Below are positions 38,187 to 48,989 of a stretch of 64,000 bases of DNA, in pieces. A program made the position numbers and the translations under genes. Position 1 is the stretch's first letter. Each line of letters opens with the position of its first letter. The stretch spans positions 607 to 64,606 of the forward strand of contig DASTFI010000017.1 of NCBI GenBank assembly GCA_035708765.1. Direction: 5' to 3'. Source of the DNA: Marmoricola sp. Its GTDB lineage: Bacteria > Actinomycetota > Actinomycetes > Propionibacteriales > Nocardioidaceae. The notes under the pieces were generated by a model. It did not search any database and was not told where the DNA came from. It saw only the letters and a list, made by a program, of their open reading frames with translations.

Positions 38187-38693
38187 CTAGGTTATCCGCC
38201 CGCTGGGGCCGCGCCGCTCCCAGCGCACGATCTCGAAGGGTGTCGGGGCGTCCAGGTGCGGCTCGCGGCTCGTCTCGTGCCACGTGGCCCGGTCGAACGC
38301 CGGGTAGCGGGTGTCGCCCTCCGGGGAGAGGTGTATCTCGGTGAGCACCTGCGCGTCGGCGTGGGGCAGGGCGGCCTCGTAGACGCCCGCGCCGCCGACG
38401 ACGAACACCTCCTCGGCGACCGAGGCCGCCACCTCGAGTGCCTGCTCGAGGTCGTGGGCCACCAGCACACCGGTCTGCCCGGGGTCCCAGGACCGGTCGC
38501 GCGTCAGCACCACGGTCGTCCGGCCCGGCAGCGGCCGCCCGATCGACGCGTACGTCGCCCGGCCCATCACCAGCACGTGCCCGGTCGTCAGCGCCTTGAA
38601 GTGCGCGAAGTCCTCCGGGACGTGCCACGGGATCGCGCCGTCGTTGCCGATGACCCCGTTGTCCGCGACCGCGGCGACCAGGGTGATGCTCAC
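38187..38693 (-). CDS. folA: Dihydrofolate reductase
   Basis: IG..G.IPW.VPED..HFK, MGRATY, PLPGR and VVGGA motifs. Follows thyA. Confidence 0.93.
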   Translation of the reverse strand: MSITLVAAVADNGVIGNDGAIPWHVPEDFAHFKALTTGHVLVMGRATYASIGRPLPGRTTVVLTRDRSWDPGQTGVLVAHDLEQALEVAASVAEEVFVVGGAGVYEAALPHADAQVLTEIHLSPEGDTRYPAFDRATWHETSREPHLDAPTPFEIVRWERRGPSGRIT

Positions 38694-38702
38694 CGGGCTT
38701 CC

Positions 38703-39512
38703 TCAGACCGCAATGGGAGCCTTGATGCCCGGGTGCGGGTCGTAGCCCTCGATGCTGATGTGCTCGAGGTCGAACGCGTCGAGCTCGGCGACCGAGGGAT
38801 CCAGCTGCAGGGTGGGCAGCGGCCGGGGCTCGCGGGTGAGCTGCAGCCGCGCCTGGTCGAGGTGGTTGCTGTAGAGGTGCGCGTCGCCCAGCGTGTGCAC
38901 GAAGTCCCCCACCGCCAGGCCGGTCACCTGCGCCACCATGTGCGTCAGCAGCGCGTAGGAGGCGATGTTGAACGGCACGCCGAGGAACACGTCGCCGGAG
39001 CGCTGGTAGAGCTGGCAGGACAGCTTGCCCGGACCATCGTCCTGGGGAGCGACGTAGAACTGGAACATCGTGTGGCACGGCGCGAGCGCCATGTCGGGGA
39101 TGTCGGCGACGTTCCACGCGGAGACGATGTGTCGGCGCGAGTCGGGGTTGCTGCGCAGGTTGTCGACGACCTGGGCCAGCTGGTCGACGTGCCGGCCGTC
39201 CGGTGCGGGCCAGGACCGCCACTGGTATCCGTAGATCGGTCCCAGGTCACCGCTGTCGTCGGCCCACTCGTCCCAGATGGTGACGCCCCGGTCCTGCAAC
39301 CACTTCACGTTGGTGTCGCCGCGCAGGAACCACAGCAGCTCGGCGAACACCGAGCGGGTGTGCACCTTCTTGGTGGTCACCAGCGGGAATCCCGCGTTGA
39401 GGTCGAACCGCATCTGGTGGCCGAAGACGCTCAGCGTGCCGGTGCCGGTGCGGTCGGACTTCGCCACGCCCTCGTCGAGGATGCGCTGCACGAGGTCGAG
39501 GTAGGCCTGCAT
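38703..39512 (-). CDS. thyA: Thymidylate synthase
   Basis: [23 protein letters not shown] and HLYSNH motifs. Confidence 0.96.
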   Translation of the reverse strand: MQAYLDLVQRILDEGVAKSDRTGTGTLSVFGHQMRFDLNAGFPLVTTKKVHTRSVFAELLWFLRGDTNVKWLQDRGVTIWDEWADDSGDLGPIYGYQWRSWPAPDGRHVDQLAQVVDNLRSNPDSRRHIVSAWNVADIPDMALAPCHTMFQFYVAPQDDGPGKLSCQLYQRSGDVFLGVPFNIASYALLTHMVAQVTGLAVGDFVHTLGDAHLYSNHLDQARLQLTREPRPLPTLQLDPSVAELDAFDLEHISIEGYDPHPGIKAPIAV

Positions 39513-39546
39513 GGGAGCAAACTACCGCGGCTGGTTTGATGGAGCG

Positions 39547-40089
39547 GTGAGTGCTGACGTGTCCTGCCGGATCGCCTGGGCCGACGACGCCGCGGCCATC
39601 GCGGCCGTCCAGGTGCGGGCGTGGCGGACGTCGTACGACGGCGTGCTGCCGGACCCCGTGCTGGCCGGGCTCGGGGTCGAGGAGCTGGCCGCGGGCTGGT
39701 CGGCCTCGCTGACCCAGCCGCCGGACGCCCGCAACCGGGTGCTGGTCTCGCTCGAACGCAACCTGCTGACCGGCTTCGCGGTGACCGGCCCCGGCAGCGA
39801 CCCGGACCTCGACCCGCTGACTGTCGGCGAGATCAGCGACCTCACCATCGATCCGCACAAGCGCGGCGCGGGACACGGGTCCCGGCTGATGCAGGCCTGC
39901 GTCGACACGCTCAAGGCCGACCGGTTCGCCCGGGCGGTGACCTGGCTCGCCGCGACCGACGACGAGCAGAGGAGCTTCTGGACCGAAGGCGGATGGGCTG
40001 CCGACGGCGCCCACCGCACCCTCGACCTCACCGGCGACGGCAGCACGCTGGTCAAGCAGGTCAGGCTGCACACCGACCTGGGCGCATGA
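39547..40089 (+). CDS. GNAT family N-acetyltransferase
   Basis: DAAAIAAVQVRAWR..Y and IDPHKRGAGHGSRL acetyl-CoA motif. Confidence 0.85.
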   Translation: MSADVSCRIAWADDAAAIAAVQVRAWRTSYDGVLPDPVLAGLGVEELAAGWSASLTQPPDARNRVLVSLERNLLTGFAVTGPGSDPDLDPLTVGEISDLTIDPHKRGAGHGSRLMQACVDTLKADRFARAVTWLAATDDEQRSFWTEGGWAADGAHRTLDLTGDGSTLVKQVRLHTDLGA

Positions 40090-40790
40090 CCGGCGCGCCG
40101 CTGGAGCCGCCGCCCCTGGATCCCGCCCGGCGTCGCCAGATCGTCCGCGACAGCCTCGCCGTCGCCGTCGCGACCGGCGCCTACGGCATCTCCTTCGGTG
40201 CGATCAGCGTGGCCAGCGGCCTGGACGTGTGGCAGAGCTGTGCGCTGTCCCTGCTCGTGTTCACCGGAGCCTCCCAGTTCGCCCTCGTCGGGGTCATCGG
40301 GGCCGGTGGCACGCCCTTCTTCGCGACCCTGTCCGGGTTGTTGCTGGGCACTCGCAACACCCTCTACGGCCTGCGGCTGGCGCCACTGCTGGACTGGCGT
40401 GGCGTCCGCAGGGCCGCGGCCGCGCACCTGGTCATCGACGAGTCGACCGCGATGAGCGTCACCCGGGAGTCACCGGCGGCCGCACGCACCGGCTTCCTGG
40501 CCACCGGGCTGGGCGTCTTCGTGCTCTGGAACCTCTTCACCCTGGGCGGTGCCGTGGCCGGTGAGGCCCTGGGCGACCCCCGCGACTACGGCCTCGACGC
40601 GGCCGTGGGCGGCGCCTTCCTCGCCCTGCTCTGGCCACGCCTGGACTCCGCCCAGCACCGGCTCACCGCCGTGCTGGCGGCAGCGCTGGCGCTCGTCCTC
40701 GTGCCGTTGACGCCCGCAGGAGTGCCGGTGATCGCGGCCGGCGTGGTGGCGCTCGGCATGGGCCTGGTGACCAGGGAGGTGCACCCGTGA
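40086..40790 (+). CDS. azlC: AzlC family branched-chain amino acid exporter subunit
   Basis: SLLVFTGASQF, IDES.A and YGLD motifs. Confidence 0.88.
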   Translation: MTGAPLEPPPLDPARRRQIVRDSLAVAVATGAYGISFGAISVASGLDVWQSCALSLLVFTGASQFALVGVIGAGGTPFFATLSGLLLGTRNTLYGLRLAPLLDWRGVRRAAAAHLVIDESTAMSVTRESPAAARTGFLATGLGVFVLWNLFTLGGAVAGEALGDPRDYGLDAAVGGAFLALLWPRLDSAQHRLTAVLAAALALVLVPLTPAGVPVIAAGVVALGMGLVTREVHP

Positions 40791-41107
40791 GCGGCACGGC
40801 GCTCTGGGTCGCGGTCCTCACCTGCGGCGTCGGCTGCTACCTGCTCAAGCTCGCCGGCCTCTCCGTGCCCGGCCACGTGCTGGAGCGCCCCGCCGTACGC
40901 CGCATCGCCGACCTCATCCCGGTCGCCCTGCTGGCGGCGCTCATCGCCACCCAGGTCCTCGCCGGCGGCCGCGACCAGCCGGCGCTGGTGCTCGACGCCC
41001 GGCTGGTCGGGCTCCTCGCCGCGGTCGTCGCACTGCTGCTGCGGGCGCCGTTCATCGTCGTCGTGTTCGTCGCGGCGCTGGCAGCGGCGGTCGTGCGGTT
41101 GTTCTGA
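40787..41107 (+). CDS. azlD: AzlD family membrane protein
   Basis: Small hydrophobic protein coupled to azlC by a GTGA overlap. Confidence 0.85.
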   Translation: MSGTALWVAVLTCGVGCYLLKLAGLSVPGHVLERPAVRRIADLIPVALLAALIATQVLAGGRDQPALVLDARLVGLLAAVVALLLRAPFIVVVFVAALAAAVVRLF

Positions 41108-41150
41108 CCGGATCAGCGACCAGAGGATGGCGAGGCGCAATCGTCGAACG

Positions 41151-41441
41151 TCATGGCACCACCACCGCGATGGGGTTGGCCGCAAGGTCGTCGCCGGCCA
41201 AGGTCACCTTTGCTACGGCGACGTACTCTCCCGACTGCACTGGGTCGCCGGCAGTTGTTGTGCTGTCCCACGTCCAGTATTCGGTGAGATTCACGCGCTG
41301 TCCCGTGTCCAACTGGCTGATGACAGGAGACGCTGACGGCAGGGTAGAGCCCGATTCCTCCTCCCGAACTTCACGATTGTCACCGCACCCACTTACGAGA
41401 CTGGCGATAAGAACGAGCATCAGTAGTCTGCGCACGACCAC
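41151..41441 (-). CDS. Short putative lipoprotein or remnant in a lower-GC patch
   Basis: Lipobox-like LVSG-C after RRLLMLVLIAS. Atypical codon usage. May be truncated. Confidence 0.45.
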   Translation of the reverse strand: MVVRRLLMLVLIASLVSGCGDNREVREEESGSTLPSASPVISQLDTGQRVNLTEYWTWDSTTTAGDPVQSGEYVAVAKVTLAGDDLAANPIAVVVP

Positions 41442-41532
41442 ATCCGACTAGTCGAGCCCGACACTTAGGTCACCCAATTCACGCTCGATGCCTGAGATTG
41501 AGCCTGTCAACGCGCCGCCGAGACGCGCAAGG

Positions 41533-41569
41533 GGCGAGGGGCCCGTGTGCCCGGCACGGACCCCTCGCC
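41533..41569 (-). terminator. GC-rich hairpin downstream of the M4 protease
   Basis: GGCGAGGGG-CCCGTG / CACGGA-CCCCTCGCC inverted repeat about 20 nt after the stop. Confidence 0.7.
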
Positions 41570-41590
41570 GACTGACCCATGGAGGTTGGG

Positions 41591-43189
41591 TCAGGACACG
41601 CTCACCGCACTCCATGCTGCGGCGACCGCGTTGTACTGGGTGCTGCCGGACCCGTAGAGGTCGGTGGCGGCGTCGAGGGTGGCGGTGCGCGCACCGTGGT
41701 AGTCGGTGTCGGACGTCATGTACACCGTGAGCGCGCGGTACCAGATGGCGGCTGCGGCGTCCCGGCCGATGCCGCTGACGGAGGATCCGTCGCAGGTGGG
41801 ACTGTCGTAGCTCACCCCGTTGAGTGTCTTGGCGCCGGAGCCCTCCGACAGCAGGTAGAAGAAGTGGTTGCCGATGCCGCTGGAGTAGTGGACGTCCACG
41901 TTGCCGGCGCTCGAGCTCCAGCAGTTCAGCGAGGCACCGTCGGAGTCCGGGTCGTCCATCCGCCGGAAGCCGAGGTGGTTCTTCAGGTCGAACTCCTCAC
42001 CGATGAGGTAGTCGCCGGGGTCGGCGGAGTTGGCGGCGTAGAACTCCACCATGGTCCCGAAGATGTCCGACGTCGACTCGTTCAGGCCGCCGGACTCGCC
42101 GCTGTAGGTCAGGCCCGCCGTGTGCTCGGTGACCCCGTGCGACATCTCGTGGCCGGTCACGTCGAGGGAGGTGAGCGGACCGAAGCTGGCGCCGTCTCCG
42201 TCGCCGTACGTCATCCGGGTGCCGTCCCAGAAGGCGTTGACGTAGTTCTTTCCGTAGTGCACGCGGTTGTAGGAGCCGCTGCCGTCACCGAAGATGCCGA
42301 GCCGGCCGAAGGTGTTCTCGTAGAAGTCCCACGTCATGTTGGTGCCGTACTGCGCACCCGCCGCGGCGGACTCCCGGCTGCTGGTCGCTCCGTTGCCGAA
42401 GGACGTGTCGGGACTGGTGAACAGCGTCTCCGCGGGGCAGGAGAACCCGAAGATCGTGCACAGGACGTTGTCGGTCCCGTTGTTCACGTCGACGGTGTAG
42501 GTGCCTCCCCGCGTCGGGTCCTTGAGCTGGTAGCCCGAGCCGGACGGCGTCAGCTGCAGCGGGACGGTGCCGCTGTACAGCGTCTGGCCGGATCCGTCGG
42601 TGGTCTGGATCCCCTGCTCGCTGCGGAGCACCACGCCGCTGCGCGCGTCGACGTAGGTCGCCAGCCGGCTCGGCGTGCCGTCCGCCTGCACGCCTCCGGT
42701 GCGCACCTCCCAGGCGAGCCGGGGCTGCGCCCCGGTCGCGTCGACGACGAGGTCGGTGTCCTCCACTTCTGCGCCGCGGGTGCCGTTCGGTACCGATCGC
42801 AGCGCCTGTGCTCCGGCCTGCTTCCGCGTCACCGTCGGCCGGGTGGCCAGGCTGACGCCGTGCTCGAGGGTCTGGCTGGGTCGGTGCCAGGCGCCGTTGG
42901 CGGACTGGTGGACGACCAGGTCGCCGCCCAGCACGGGCAGACCGCGGTAGCTGCGGTGCATCCGGACGTGGGTGTCGCCGTCGGCGTCGAGGATCGTGTC
43001 GACGACCTGGAGCGCCTGTCCGGCCCCGAAGTGCGTGGCGGCGGCGTGGTCCTTGGCGGCCTGGAGCGCGCGGTCGGCGGGCCCGTGGTCGGCCGCCACG
43101 GCGGAGGTGGGGGCGATTCCGGAGATCGCCGCGGCAGACAGGGCCGCGACGGCGAGGCCGGCGAGTCGAGCGTGGTGTCGCATGCTCAT
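41591..43189 (-). CDS. Secreted M4 (thermolysin/griselysin-like) metalloprotease
   Basis: Signal peptide, FTP/PepSY propeptide, NAFWDG, HEMSH, NESTSD and VHYSSG motifs. Confidence 0.93.
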   Translation of the reverse strand: MSMRHHARLAGLAVAALSAAAISGIAPTSAVAADHGPADRALQAAKDHAAATHFGAGQALQVVDTILDADGDTHVRMHRSYRGLPVLGGDLVVHQSANGAWHRPSQTLEHGVSLATRPTVTRKQAGAQALRSVPNGTRGAEVEDTDLVVDATGAQPRLAWEVRTGGVQADGTPSRLATYVDARSGVVLRSEQGIQTTDGSGQTLYSGTVPLQLTPSGSGYQLKDPTRGGTYTVDVNNGTDNVLCTIFGFSCPAETLFTSPDTSFGNGATSSRESAAAGAQYGTNMTWDFYENTFGRLGIFGDGSGSYNRVHYGKNYVNAFWDGTRMTYGDGDGASFGPLTSLDVTGHEMSHGVTEHTAGLTYSGESGGLNESTSDIFGTMVEFYAANSADPGDYLIGEEFDLKNHLGFRRMDDPDSDGASLNCWSSSAGNVDVHYSSGIGNHFFYLLSEGSGAKTLNGVSYDSPTCDGSSVSGIGRDAAAAIWYRALTVYMTSDTDYHGARTATLDAATDLYGSGSTQYNAVAAAWSAVSVS

Positions 43190-43318
43190 CCTCTCGGGAG
43201 GGGTGGGAGGTGATGCCCCCAGCCAACCGCCGTACGGAGCACCTGTGAACCTTCAGGACAGTTCAGAAGAGTGAGGCGCACAAACCTGCAGGTTGTCGGC
43301 GATCCCTACGCTGAGGTC

Positions 43319-44667
<1,349 letters not shown>

Positions 44668-44805
44668 CTATCGAGCCGGGCACCGGGCAGAACCGCTGCA
44701 CCGGGCTATTGCGGAATCTCGTGACGCGATCTAACTTCCGAAGGAGAGTGACCGCGCCCGGACCGGACCGGCCCTCGCCACCCATCCGAGAACCGGAGGT
44801 CCTTC

Positions 44806-46683
44806 ATGCGCAAGCGCTCCGCGGCCGCGATGGCGGCCGTACTGACCACGGCGGCGGCAACCGTTGCCGCCATGATGGCGAGCCCCGCACAGGCGAGCCC
44901 GTCGTCGCAGCCCATCCCGAACACCAAGCCGTTGTGGGTTGCGCACGCCCGATCGCTGGGACACGCGGCCCCCGCAGCCGGCGTGCAGGCCCGCGTCTAC
45001 CTGCAGCCACGCGGCGGCCTCGTCGCGGTCCGCGACGCCGCCGTGGCGATGGCCACGCCCGGCAACGCGCGCTACCACCAGTTCCTCACGCCTGCGCAGT
45101 ACCACGCCCGGTACGACGCCACCGGCGCGACCGTGCGCCAGGTCTCCAGCTACCTGCGGTCCCACGGACTGCACGTCACCGGTGTCGCCGCCCATCACCG
45201 CTACCTCGTCGTCCGCGGCACGGTCTCCTCCGCGGAGCACGCGTTCGGCACCAGGATCGACCGCTTCCGCCACGACGGCAGGCTGGTCCAGGCACCGACC
45301 GCGCTGGTCCGGATGCCCGCGTCGGTCGCCGGCTCCGTGCTGACCGTGACCGGCCTGGACACGACCCCGAAGCTGGTGCGGCCGCAGCGTCACTCCGACA
45401 TCTCCTGGCCCGCGGGCTTCCGCAACGCCCACCCCTGTTCGGCGTACTACGGCGAGAAGCAGGCGTCCTCCCTGCCGGGCTTCCAGGGCGAGACGTTGCC
45501 CTACGCACCCTGCGGGTACGTCGGCCACCAGCTCCGCTCGGCGTACGAGGGAAGCACTGCTCTGGACGGCTCCGGCGTCACGGTGGCGATCACCGACGCC
45601 TACGCATCGCCCTCCATCGCGTCGGACGCTGCCACCTACGCCGCCCGCCACGGTGACGCGCCCTACGCCGAGGGTCAGCTCGTGCAGGTGGCACCGCGGG
45701 CCTTCACGCACGCCGGCCAGTGCGGCGCGAACGGCTGGTGGGGCGAGGAGACGCTCGACGTGGAGGCGGTGCACGCGATGGCACCGGGAGCCGACATCCG
45801 CTACTACGGGTCGGCGAGCTGCTACGACGCCGACTTCCTCGACACGCTCGGCCGCGTGGTCGACGACGGCACCGCGTCGCTGGTGTCGAACTCCTGGAGC
45901 GACATCGAGGCCAACGAGACGCCGGACGCGACGAAGGCCTACGAAGCGGTGTTCCTGCAGGGCGGGACCGAGGGCATCAGCTTCCTGTTCTCCTCCGGCG
46001 ACGACGGCGACGAAGCAGCTGCAACCGGCACCCAGCAGGTGGACTACCCCGCCTCCGACCCCTACGCGACCGCAGTCGGCGGCACCTCGGACGCCATCGG
46101 CGCCAACGGCTCGCTGCTCTTCCAGGCCGGCTGGGGGACGGAGAAGTACTCCCTCTCCGCGGACGACACCTGGTCGCCGCTCGGCTTCCTGTACGGCGCC
46201 GGCGGCGGCGACTCGAGCCTGTTCGCACGTCCCGACTACCAGGCCGGCGTCGTCTCCGGCACCCATCGGTCGGTCCCCGACGTGGCGATGGACGCGGACC
46301 CGACCACGGGCATGCTGGTGGGCCAGACCCAGCGGTTCCCGCACGGGGTGGTCACCTACGACGAGTACCGCATCGGCGGCACCAGCCTGGCGTCACCGCT
46401 GTTCGCCGGCATGACTGCACTGGCGGTGCAGGCCGGCAGCCGCGCCGGGCTGCTCAACCCGACCATCTATGCCCATGCCGACGCCTTCACCGACGTCACC
46501 GGTTCGGTGCCCGACGCCGGCAACGTCCGCGCCGACTACGCCAACGGGGTCGACGGCTCCGACGGAGTCGTGTACTCCGTGCGCACGTTCGGCCAGGACA
46601 GCAGCCTGACCGTCACACCGGGCTACGACCAGGTGACCGGGGTCGGCACTCCGAGCGCAGGGTGGCTGACGGCACTGCAGTGA
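44806..46683 (+). CDS. Secreted S53 (sedolisin/kumamolisin) serine peptidase
   Basis: Signal peptide, activation prodomain, EETLD, SSGDDG, GGTSLASP and GYDQVTGVGTP motifs. Confidence 0.92.
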   Translation: MRKRSAAAMAAVLTTAAATVAAMMASPAQASPSSQPIPNTKPLWVAHARSLGHAAPAAGVQARVYLQPRGGLVAVRDAAVAMATPGNARYHQFLTPAQYHARYDATGATVRQVSSYLRSHGLHVTGVAAHHRYLVVRGTVSSAEHAFGTRIDRFRHDGRLVQAPTALVRMPASVAGSVLTVTGLDTTPKLVRPQRHSDISWPAGFRNAHPCSAYYGEKQASSLPGFQGETLPYAPCGYVGHQLRSAYEGSTALDGSGVTVAITDAYASPSIASDAATYAARHGDAPYAEGQLVQVAPRAFTHAGQCGANGWWGEETLDVEAVHAMAPGADIRYYGSASCYDADFLDTLGRVVDDGTASLVSNSWSDIEANETPDATKAYEAVFLQGGTEGISFLFSSGDDGDEAAATGTQQVDYPASDPYATAVGGTSDAIGANGSLLFQAGWGTEKYSLSADDTWSPLGFLYGAGGGDSSLFARPDYQAGVVSGTHRSVPDVAMDADPTTGMLVGQTQRFPHGVVTYDEYRIGGTSLASPLFAGMTALAVQAGSRAGLLNPTIYAHADAFTDVTGSVPDAGNVRADYANGVDGSDGVVYSVRTFGQDSSLTVTPGYDQVTGVGTPSAGWLTALQ

Positions 46684-46881
46684 GAGCGACGTGTCCGTTG
46701 CTGAGTCGGCCGCGCGTCAGCTTGGTGCACAGATGCGACCCGGGTAGAAACCTGTCATGCCCGATTCGGTGAGCAAGTCTGCTGGCCCGGTCGCTGACTA
46801 CGGCCGTTTCGCGGCCGCGTCGCAGGCCTGGAGATTCTCGATGCCGGATACGGGTCGGACTCGCCCTCGCATCTCCCTGAC

Positions 46882-47484
46882 ATGAGCGGCGAGATCCCCG
46901 TCCTGGACCTCGACGACCTCGACGCGGGCACGAGGGCGTGGCTCGAACGGCTGGTGGCGTCCGGATCCATGCGGCTTCACCGCGGCGGGGAGAGCCTCGG
47001 TGCCCTCAGCTTCACACCGTCCGTCCTCGAGGGCACGGTCGTCGGCGCGGCCGTCTCGAGCGACAGCACCCGCACGGACACCCTGCCGGATGGTGTCAAG
47101 GTGCTCGCCACCACGATGAAGCTGACGCCCGAGGCCCGCGAACGACTCCGCGAGTCCTTCGGGCCCGACTGGGTCGTCGTCGACTTCCACGACGCACCCG
47201 ATACGGCAGACGTCGTCCTCACCGCGGCGCACAGCCCGCAACTCATCCACCGATGGACCCTGCTGTTCCCACACGCTCAGATCATCGTCACCGAGATCCT
47301 CGACAACGAGTTCGGCCTTGACGTCGCCGGACCCGTCGGGCGCCTCCTGGATGCCGGCGCCCACGCCTACCTACCACCCCGGCCTCTGGAACAGGTTGCC
47401 CAGAACGTCCAGAGCTACCTGGAGAGCCAAGCGCGTGCGGAGCTCGGCTCTGCCGCGCCTACCATCCGTCAGATCGGCTCCTGA
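46882..47484 (+). CDS. Hypothetical protein with a degenerate receiver-like C-terminal domain
   Basis: GC3-biased 200-aa ORF. C-terminal half DVVL...IIVTE...LDAGAHAYL resembles a REC fold. Confidence 0.6.
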   Translation: MSGEIPVLDLDDLDAGTRAWLERLVASGSMRLHRGGESLGALSFTPSVLEGTVVGAAVSSDSTRTDTLPDGVKVLATTMKLTPEARERLRESFGPDWVVVDFHDAPDTADVVLTAAHSPQLIHRWTLLFPHAQIIVTEILDNEFGLDVAGPVGRLLDAGAHAYLPPRPLEQVAQNVQSYLESQARAELGSAAPTIRQIGS

Positions 47485-47597
47485 CCCTCGCTCGCGGACG
47501 CACGACCATCGGCACGTCCGTGGGCATCTTCGTCCGGCCTGAATCTCCAAGGGGAGACACCCGGCGATATGGCCGGAGACCGGCGACGAAAAGCACT

Positions 47598-47627
47598 TTG
47601 ACAACTCGAACATATGTTCGATAGCCT
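47598..47627 (+). promoter_or_regulatory. Housekeeping-type promoter with a LexA SOS box between -35 and -10
   Basis: TTGACA (47598-47603), TCGAAC-ATAT-GTTCGA (47606-47621), TAGCCT (47622-47627), then ATG at 47635. Confidence 0.9.
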
Positions 47628-47634
47628 TACCCTC

Positions 47635-48975
47635 ATGAGCAGCTCGGGCTGCAGCGTCAGCGAACTCCCTCACCGGCCGGACATGGCCGGCTGGATGGCT
47701 GCGCTGCAGCTGCAGGACGGGGCCGGGCTCTCCGACGCCGAACGCATCGACGCAGTCCGCCGGCTCGAGGAGCTGAAGGCTGCTGCCGCGGCCGCACAGG
47801 CGCGCGTCACCTCGACGTTCGACGCGTCCCAGCGCGAACATGCCCGGCCTCTCCTCCGCCAGGACCCGCGCCGCCTCTCCCGGTCCATCAGCGCCCAGGT
47901 CGGGCTGGCTCGGCGAGAGTCACCGACGCGTGGCCAGCAGCACCTGGGGGTCGCTCTCGCGCTGGTGCGGGACCTTCCGCACACCCATGCGGCGCTGAGC
48001 CGCGGCGAGATCTCCGAATGGCGTGCCACCCTCGTCGTCCGCGAGACCGCGTGCCTGGCCCGTGAGGACCGCAGGGCCGTCGACCGCGAGCTGGCGCAGC
48101 GCACCGAGGGCGGATTCCTCACCGGGTGGGGCGACCGCAAGATCGCCGACGCTGCGCGGGCGATCGGTTACCGGCTCGACCCCGGCGCCGCCCTGCGCCG
48201 GACGTCGAAGGCCGAGTCGGAGCGACGGGTCAGCATCCGGCCGGCTCCCGACACGATGGCCAACGTCACCGGGCTGCTCCCCGCAGCGCAGGGCGTCGCT
48301 GCGTACGCCTCGCTGCGCAAGCACGCCGAGCATGTGCGCAACCAGGGAGACCACCGCTCGCTCGACCAGATCATGGCCGACACCTTCGTGGCCCGCCTCA
48401 CCGGCGCGGACGACGCGAGCACCCCTCCGGCTCCCCGCGTCGAGATCGGCCTGGTCATGCCGGAGCGAAGCCTGTTGCGCGGCAGTCACGAGCCGGCTCA
48501 CCTCACCGGATACGGGCCCGTGCCGGCGACCTTCGCGCGCCAGCTGGTGCGCACGAGCGACAAGGCCTGGCTCCGCCGGCTCTACACGGCTCCGGCAACC
48601 GGTGAGCTGGTGGCGATGGACTCGCGACGCCGCACCTTCCGGGGCAAACTGCGCGACCTGCTGGTGCTGCGCGACCGGACCTGCCGCACGCCCTGGTGCG
48701 ACGCCCCCATCCGGCACGCCGACCACGTGCGTGCGGCACGCCTCGGCGGGCCCACGGGCCGGGCCAACGGGCAAGGGCTGTGCGAGGCGTGCAACTACGC
48801 CAAGGCCGACCCCGGCTGGCGAGCCGACGTGATCGCGCTGCCGGGGCGCAGCGTCGTCGAGCTCACCACGCCCACCGGCCACCGTCATCGGTCGCTACCA
48901 CCGGCCCAACCGGGTTCGGACCCTCCGGCCAACCCGGAACAGCAGCTACGCCGGCTCCTCGACGACACCGGCTGA
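47635..48975 (+). CDS. DUF222 / 13E12-repeat family HNH endonuclease
   Basis: LEELKAAAAAAQAR, QIMAD, GYGPVP and HNH motif RD..CRTPWC...DH...GG.T..NGQGLCEACNYAK. Confidence 0.88.
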   Translation: MSSSGCSVSELPHRPDMAGWMAALQLQDGAGLSDAERIDAVRRLEELKAAAAAAQARVTSTFDASQREHARPLLRQDPRRLSRSISAQVGLARRESPTRGQQHLGVALALVRDLPHTHAALSRGEISEWRATLVVRETACLAREDRRAVDRELAQRTEGGFLTGWGDRKIADAARAIGYRLDPGAALRRTSKAESERRVSIRPAPDTMANVTGLLPAAQGVAAYASLRKHAEHVRNQGDHRSLDQIMADTFVARLTGADDASTPPAPRVEIGLVMPERSLLRGSHEPAHLTGYGPVPATFARQLVRTSDKAWLRRLYTAPATGELVAMDSRRRTFRGKLRDLLVLRDRTCRTPWCDAPIRHADHVRAARLGGPTGRANGQGLCEACNYAKADPGWRADVIALPGRSVVELTTPTGHRHRSLPPAQPGSDPPANPEQQLRRLLDDTG

Positions 48976-48989
48976 ACCAGCTGGGTCGA

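Noticed and set aside
46684-46881. Possible ncRNA or element end after the S53 protease
   Set aside because: No clear repeat, terminator or tRNA-like structure was visible.
47635-48975. IS element or IscB/Cas9-like RNA-guided nuclease
   Set aside because: No RuvC or DDE motifs, terminal inverted repeats or obvious associated ncRNA. It fits the DUF222-HNH family.
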